Of a stretch of 64,000 nucleotides of DNA, positions 60,404 to 64,000 are shown piece by piece. Within the stretch, counting starts at the first letter, position 1. Each line of letters starts with the position of its first letter. Origin of the DNA: an uncultured Elusimicrobia bacterium (GTDB taxonomy: Bacteria; Elusimicrobiota; Elusimicrobia; F11). The position numbers and the translations under genes are program-made. Below the pieces are notes generated by a model, which saw only the letters and a program-made list of their open reading frames with translations, was not told where the DNA came from and searched no databases. Location of the stretch: NCBI GenBank assembly GCA_964405835.1, contig CAYOPN010000001.1, positions 51,502 through 115,501 on the forward strand. The letters run 5' to 3'.

Positions 60404-61654
60404 TTATTTTGAGTGGTCCTTATAGATCGGGAATTTGGCGCAAAGTTTTTTGACGTCGGCGCGGATCTGCGCGAGCTTTTTCGGATTGTCTTTGTTGTCG
60501 AGCGCCGCCGAAATCCAGTTGCCGATCTGGATGAATTCTTTTGTCTTCATGCCGCGCGTGGTGACCGCCGGAGAACCCAGACGAATGCCCGAAGCGATAA
60601 ACGGCTTCTGCGGATCAAACGGGATCGCGTTCTTGTTGGTCGTGATGCCGGCCAAGCTCAACACGGCCTCGGCTTCTTTGCCGGTGATGTTTTTCGGACG
60701 CAGATCAACGAGGAACATGTGGCAGTCGGTCCCGCCGGTCACAATGCGCAGGCCGTTTTTTGCGAGCGTCTCCGCCAATGTCTTGGCGTTCTCTTTCACT
60801 TGTTTCTGATAGACCTTGAAGCTGGGTTTGAGCGCTTCACCAAAAGCGATCGCTTTCGCGGCGATCACATGCATGAGCGGTCCCCCCTGGTCGCCCGGGA
60901 ACAACGCACGGTCGATGTCGGCCTGGTATTTCTGTTTGCAAAGAATGAGGCCGCCACGCGGGCCGCGCAGCGTTTTGTGGGTGGTGGTCGTCACGACGTC
61001 GGCGTAGGGGACCGGAGACGGATAAAGACCCGCCACAATGAGTCCCGCGTAATGCGCCACATCCGCCATCAGGATTGCGCCGACATTGTCGGCAATTTTC
61101 CGGAAACGCGCCCAGTCAAACTCCCGCGCGTAGGCCGAAGCGCCGATGCAAAGCAGTTTCGGCTGGTGCGCTTTCGCCAGGTTCTCGGCCTGTTCGTAAT
61201 CGATGAGCTCGGTTTTTTCCGAAACACCGAAACCGACCACGTTGAAATATTTTCCAGAGAAATTGAGAGGATGACCGTGGGACAGATGCCCTCCGTGCGC
61301 GAGTTGGAGCCCCATGATCGTGTCGCCGGGTTGCAGGAACGTCATCAACACGGCGATGTTCGCCTGCGTGCCCGAATGCGGCTGCACGTTCGCGTGCTCG
61401 GCGCCGAAAAGTTTTTTCGCGCGCTCTACCGCGAGGGTTTCAACGATGTCCACTTTCTCACAACCGCCGTAATAGCGTTTGCCCGGGTATCCTTCGGCGT
61501 ATTTGTTCGTCATCACGCAGCCCTGAGCTTCCATCACGGCCTCGGATGTCAAATTTTCGGAGGCGATAAGCTCCAGCCCCTCTTGCTGCCGTTCCACTTC
61601 TTCCTTGATCGCCTTATAAACCGGCGCGTCCTGCTTCTTTATCTTGTTGTACAC
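60404..61654 (-). CDS. glyA: Serine hydroxymethyltransferase
   Basis: [38 protein letters not shown]...[10 protein letters not shown]...[10 protein letters not shown]...[14 protein letters not shown] is the full-length SHMT pattern, including the PLP-lysine motif. It has a GTG start preceded by AGGGAGAA. Confidence 0.95.
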   Translation of the reverse strand: MYNKIKKQDAPVYKAIKEEVERQQEGLELIASENLTSEAVMEAQGCVMTNKYAEGYPGKRYYGGCEKVDIVETLAVERAKKLFGAEHANVQPHSGTQANIAVLMTFLQPGDTIMGLQLAHGGHLSHGHPLNFSGKYFNVVGFGVSEKTELIDYEQAENLAKAHQPKLLCIGASAYAREFDWARFRKIADNVGAILMADVAHYAGLIVAGLYPSPVPYADVVTTTTHKTLRGPRGGLILCKQKYQADIDRALFPGDQGGPLMHVIAAKAIAFGEALKPSFKVYQKQVKENAKTLAETLAKNGLRIVTGGTDCHMFLVDLRPKNITGKEAEAVLSLAGITTNKNAIPFDPQKPFIASGIRLGSPAVTTRGMKTKEFIQIGNWISAALDNKDNPKKLAQIRADVKKLCAKFPIYKDHSK

Positions 61655-61669
61655 GTGTTCTCCCTATTC

Positions 61670-61757
61670 GTCATCCCGGCGAAAGCCGGGATCCAGGTTT
61701 TAAACATATTTTTAAAATCTGGTTTACGACCTGGGCCCCGGCTTTCGCCGGGGTGAC
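61670..61757. repeat. 88-bp element: two 28-bp GC-rich hairpin-forming arms in inverted orientation around a 32-bp AT-rich core
   Basis: The left arm is gtcatcccggcgaaagccgggatccagg (61670-61697). The right arm is cctgggccccggctttcgccggggtgac (61730-61757). The arms are reverse complements at 25 of 28 positions. Each arm contains its own cccggc-gaaa-gccggg hairpin. The element fills the gap between the PTP stop and the glyA SD. Confidence 0.8.
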
Positions 61758-61760
61758 GGA

Positions 61761-62210
61761 CTATATTTTCTTCAAAATCTTTCCGATGGCATTTTCGATT
61801 TCAGCCAAAACTTTTTTATACGTCGGCAGCGGATATCCATAGGGATCCAATATTCCATCCCGGTCCGTCCCGGTGCCCGCGTACGTGTTGAGCACGTGGG
61901 TTTTCCCGGCCGCTTCCGGAAACCGGTCAATCACACGCTGCTTGTGCCCGGAATCCATCGCCAAAATTAAATCCGCCCAATCCACCAACTTTTGAGTCAT
62001 CGGTTGCGCCGTGTGCGTGATGTCTTCGATGCCGTATTCTTCCAGCGCGCGCTGCGCGTCACTCGTCGCGCCGTAACCGGTCTCGGCCGCCACGCCGGCG
62101 GAAGCGACATGAATGTTCTTCACACCCGCCTCGGCCAGTCGCTTGCGCAGCAAATGTTCGGCCATCGGACTTCGGCAAATGTTACCGGTGCAAACAAATA
62201 GGATATTCAA
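61761..62210 (-). CDS. Low-molecular-weight protein tyrosine phosphatase (arsenate-reductase-fold)
   Basis: MNILFVCTGNICRSPMAEHLL shows the CX5R(S) P-loop, and ...LDPYG shows the DP general-acid motif. The 149-aa length is typical. Confidence 0.9.
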   Translation of the reverse strand: MNILFVCTGNICRSPMAEHLLRKRLAEAGVKNIHVASAGVAAETGYGATSDAQRALEEYGIEDITHTAQPMTQKLVDWADLILAMDSGHKQRVIDRFPEAAGKTHVLNTYAGTGTDRDGILDPYGYPLPTYKKVLAEIENAIGKILKKI

Positions 62211-62902
62211 AGCGCCTCGAGGATGTTTTGTTTCGGTATCGCGCCCTCGCGCAAAACCGAGAATGGAAAATGCGTCACGTCCACGATCGTTGACTCTTTT
62301 CCAAGCGCGCAGCGCCCGCCGTCAATGATCACATCGACCTCGTCTTGAAAAATTTTTCGCGCCTGGGACCCGAGCTTGATCGATGGCCGCGTGGACGGGT
62401 TCGCGGAAGTCACCGCCAGCGGAAAAGGCAGCGATTCCAACAATTGGTTGACCAAAGGATTTTTCGGGATCCGCACCGCGATGGTGTCTTTACCGCGCGT
62501 GGCGTTCAGCGCCAACGGACCGGTTTTGAACACGAGCGTCAATGCGCCCGGCCAAAACGCTTTTGTCAAAGATCTGGCTTCCGGCAGAATTTCCTTCGCC
62601 ACAAGCGGCAACTGTTCCACGTCCGCCAAGAAAACCGGCAGCGGCTTCGAATAACTGCGGCCTTTCACGCGGTACACCTCTTGCACGCCATGCGCGTTAA
62701 ACGCGTTGCACGCAAGACCGTAGACCGTGTCGGTCGGAAACACCACCAGGCCGCCGGCCGCTAGCCTTTCCAGGCAAAGATGCAGTTCGCCGCGGCTAAG
62801 CCCGCGTTTTTTAAGTGCGATAACCTGCGTTGATACCAACGTATTGGCCAGTAAAGTCGCAGGTCTTGTAATGGGACCATTCTTTGCCAAGGCCCAGATC
62901 AA
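62207..62902 (-). CDS. tsaC: L-threonylcarbamoyladenylate synthase (TsaC/YrdC/Sua5 family)
   Basis: VVFPTDTVYGLACNA...VYRVKGRSYSKPLPV...FWPGALTLVF...IAVRIPKNPL...PLAVTSANPS is the YrdC-domain pattern. As drawn it overlaps argJ by 92 nt. An internal TTG near 62839 is an alternative start. Confidence 0.85.
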   Translation of the reverse strand: MIWALAKNGPITRPATLLANTLVSTQVIALKKRGLSRGELHLCLERLAAGGLVVFPTDTVYGLACNAFNAHGVQEVYRVKGRSYSKPLPVFLADVEQLPLVAKEILPEARSLTKAFWPGALTLVFKTGPLALNATRGKDTIAVRIPKNPLVNQLLESLPFPLAVTSANPSTRPSIKLGSQARKIFQDEVDVIIDGGRCALGKESTIVDVTHFPFSVLREGAIPKQNILEAL

Positions 62903-64000
62903 CCCGGATCACGATCTTTTTGTTCTGCATGTAGCGGATCGCCTGTGGTTCCGAGAACGGCGCTTCGGTGCCGCCGACACAAACCAGAATATCGCCGAGC
63001 CAGATGCGGACTTTGGATTGCTCAAACTTGACACCGGAGCGGCCCATCGCGGCCAGCACGCGGCCCCAGTTCGGGTCGGCGCCATGGCAGGCGGTTTTCA
63101 CGAGCGGCGATGAAGCGATCACGGCCGCCATTTTCCGCGCCGACTCTTCGCTCTTCGCATGCTCCACATAAATCTCGACCATCCGGGAAGCGCCTTCGCC
63201 GTCCATGGCGATCGCGGTCGTTAATTTTTCACAAACCTCATGCAACGAGGCCCGGAAGGTTTCATAGGCCCGCTCGTGCATCGTTTTGATTTCGGGCGCG
63301 CCGGACGCGCCGTTCGCGAGCACGCTCACAAAATCATTGGTCGACGTGTCACCGTCCACGCTCACGCAATTGAACGTTTTGTCGGCCACCCATTCGAGCG
63401 CGCGCTGCATAAGCGGCGATTTGATGTTGGCGTCGGTCAGGATAAACACCAGCATGGTCGCGTGCAATTGACCATTGGGGCCGCGCAAATCCGGATGGAT
63501 CATGCCCGAGCCTTTCGCGCAGGCCCACATGCGCACCGAATGACCACCGATCTGGAACGTGGTCTCGGCGATTTTGATTTTCGTGTCGGTCGTCATGATC
63601 GCTTCGGCCGCCAGATGGCCTTCGTTGATGTTGTCGGCTTCGCCGGATTTGATCACGTCGACCATCCGATCGACGCCCTTGTGATATTTTTTGAGATCAA
63701 TGCGCGTGCCGATGACGCCGGTCGATGCCACCCAGACTTCGTCCTTGGACACAGCGAGGCCTTCGGCCACCCAGGCGGTGGACGTGATTGCGTCTTTAAG
63801 TCCCGGCTCGCCAGTGGCGGCGTTGGCCGAACCGGAATTGACGACGACAGCCCGCACGCGGCCTTTCGTCTTGAGCAGCCGTTCTTGCGTGAGCAGGATC
63901 GGCGCCGCTTTGACCTGGCTGTTCGTGAACACGGCCGCGCCATTGGCCGGCACGTGCGTCACAAAGAGCGCCATGTCTTTCTTGTTTTTCTTTTTCGAAA
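62811..64000 (-). CDS. argJ: Bifunctional ornithine acetyltransferase / N-acetylglutamate synthase, 5' end beyond the right edge
   Basis: ANGAAVFTNSQVKAAPI...VVNSGSANAATG..., the autoprocessing site HATMLVFILTDA, and ...DGDTSTND... are present. The frame stays open upstream of the track ATG to position 64000 (..SKKKNKKDMALF..), matching the usual ArgJ N-terminal G.KK.GK.DLAL segment, so the gene is partial. Confidence 0.9.
   Translation of the reverse strand, partial: SKKKNKKDMALFVTHVPANGAAVFTNSQVKAAPILLTQERLLKTKGRVRAVVVNSGSANAATGEPGLKDAITSTAWVAEGLAVSKDEVWVASTGVIGTRIDLKKYHKGVDRMVDVIKSGEADNINEGHLAAEAIMTTDTKIKIAETTFQIGGHSVRMWACAKGSGMIHPDLRGPNGQLHATMLVFILTDANIKSPLMQRALEWVADKTFNCVSVDGDTSTNDFVSVLANGASGAPEIKTMHERAYETFRASLHEVCEKLTTAIAMDGEGASRMVEIYVEHAKSEESARKMAAVIASSPLVKTACHGADPNWGRVLAAMGRSGVKFEQSKVRIWLGDILVCVGGTEAPFSEPQAIRYMQNKKIVIRVDLGLGKEWSHYKTCDFTGQYVGINAGYRT

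Noticed and set aside
60413-61756. 447-aa plus-strand ORF (and 58608..59402 +, 54916..55515 +, 59469..60134 +).
   Set aside because: They are antisense to glyA, wecB, folD/kinase and the wecA-like gene, all of which have decisive family motifs on the minus strand.
61655-61760. A ZTP/THF-type riboswitch upstream of glyA (and likewise upstream of folD), since these genes often carry one.
   Set aside because: The region is almost entirely a symmetric inverted-repeat element, and I could not find the conserved riboswitch cores by eye. Only a covariance-model scan can formally exclude one.

Overview
GC-rich bacterial (diderm-type) window in which every gene I can support is on the minus strand. 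About 70% of it (8808-53225) is one uninterrupted 44.4-kb ORF. It encodes a 14,805-aa secreted surface protein built from repeats. Reading N to C: signal peptide; a ~430-aa N-terminal head; roughly 60-70 Ig-like units (family A); ~27 units of a second family (B) with an LPGET..PG...GKTG.P motif; divergent Ig-like units; eight ~200-aa Asp-rich modules; a DxDxDG calcium-binding-like cluster; one FN3 domain; and a FlgD-Ig/T9SS-type C-terminal sorting domain. Directly downstream on the same strand lie a PorV/PorQ-like outer-membrane barrel fused to TPRs, a membrane-anchored FliF-like/FliG-like fusion protein with C-terminal TPRs, two long coiled-coil proteins (583 aa and 893 aa, the latter with a Pro-rich N-terminus), FlbD, and the start of MotA. 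I interpret this as a candidate, apparently undescribed, rotor/stator module derived from flagellar motor parts and genetically coupled to a giant CTD-bearing adhesin and its barrel partner. It is conceptually like SprB/SprF plus the GldLM motor of Bacteroidota gliding, but built from FliG/MotA parts. Upstream of the giant gene are a HEAT-repeat protein (GTGA stop/start overlap with the giant gene), a small secreted hypothetical, and a tightly overlapped housekeeping run: argJ, tsaC, LMW-PTP, glyA, wecA-like, wecB, RNase H, yajQ, a hypothetical, a DAG-kinase-like lipid kinase, and folD. I saw no rRNA, tRNA, CRISPR, transposase or integrase. All domain calls come from reading motifs by eye. Boundaries inside the giant gene are approximate (about +-50-150 nt), and unit counts are estimates.
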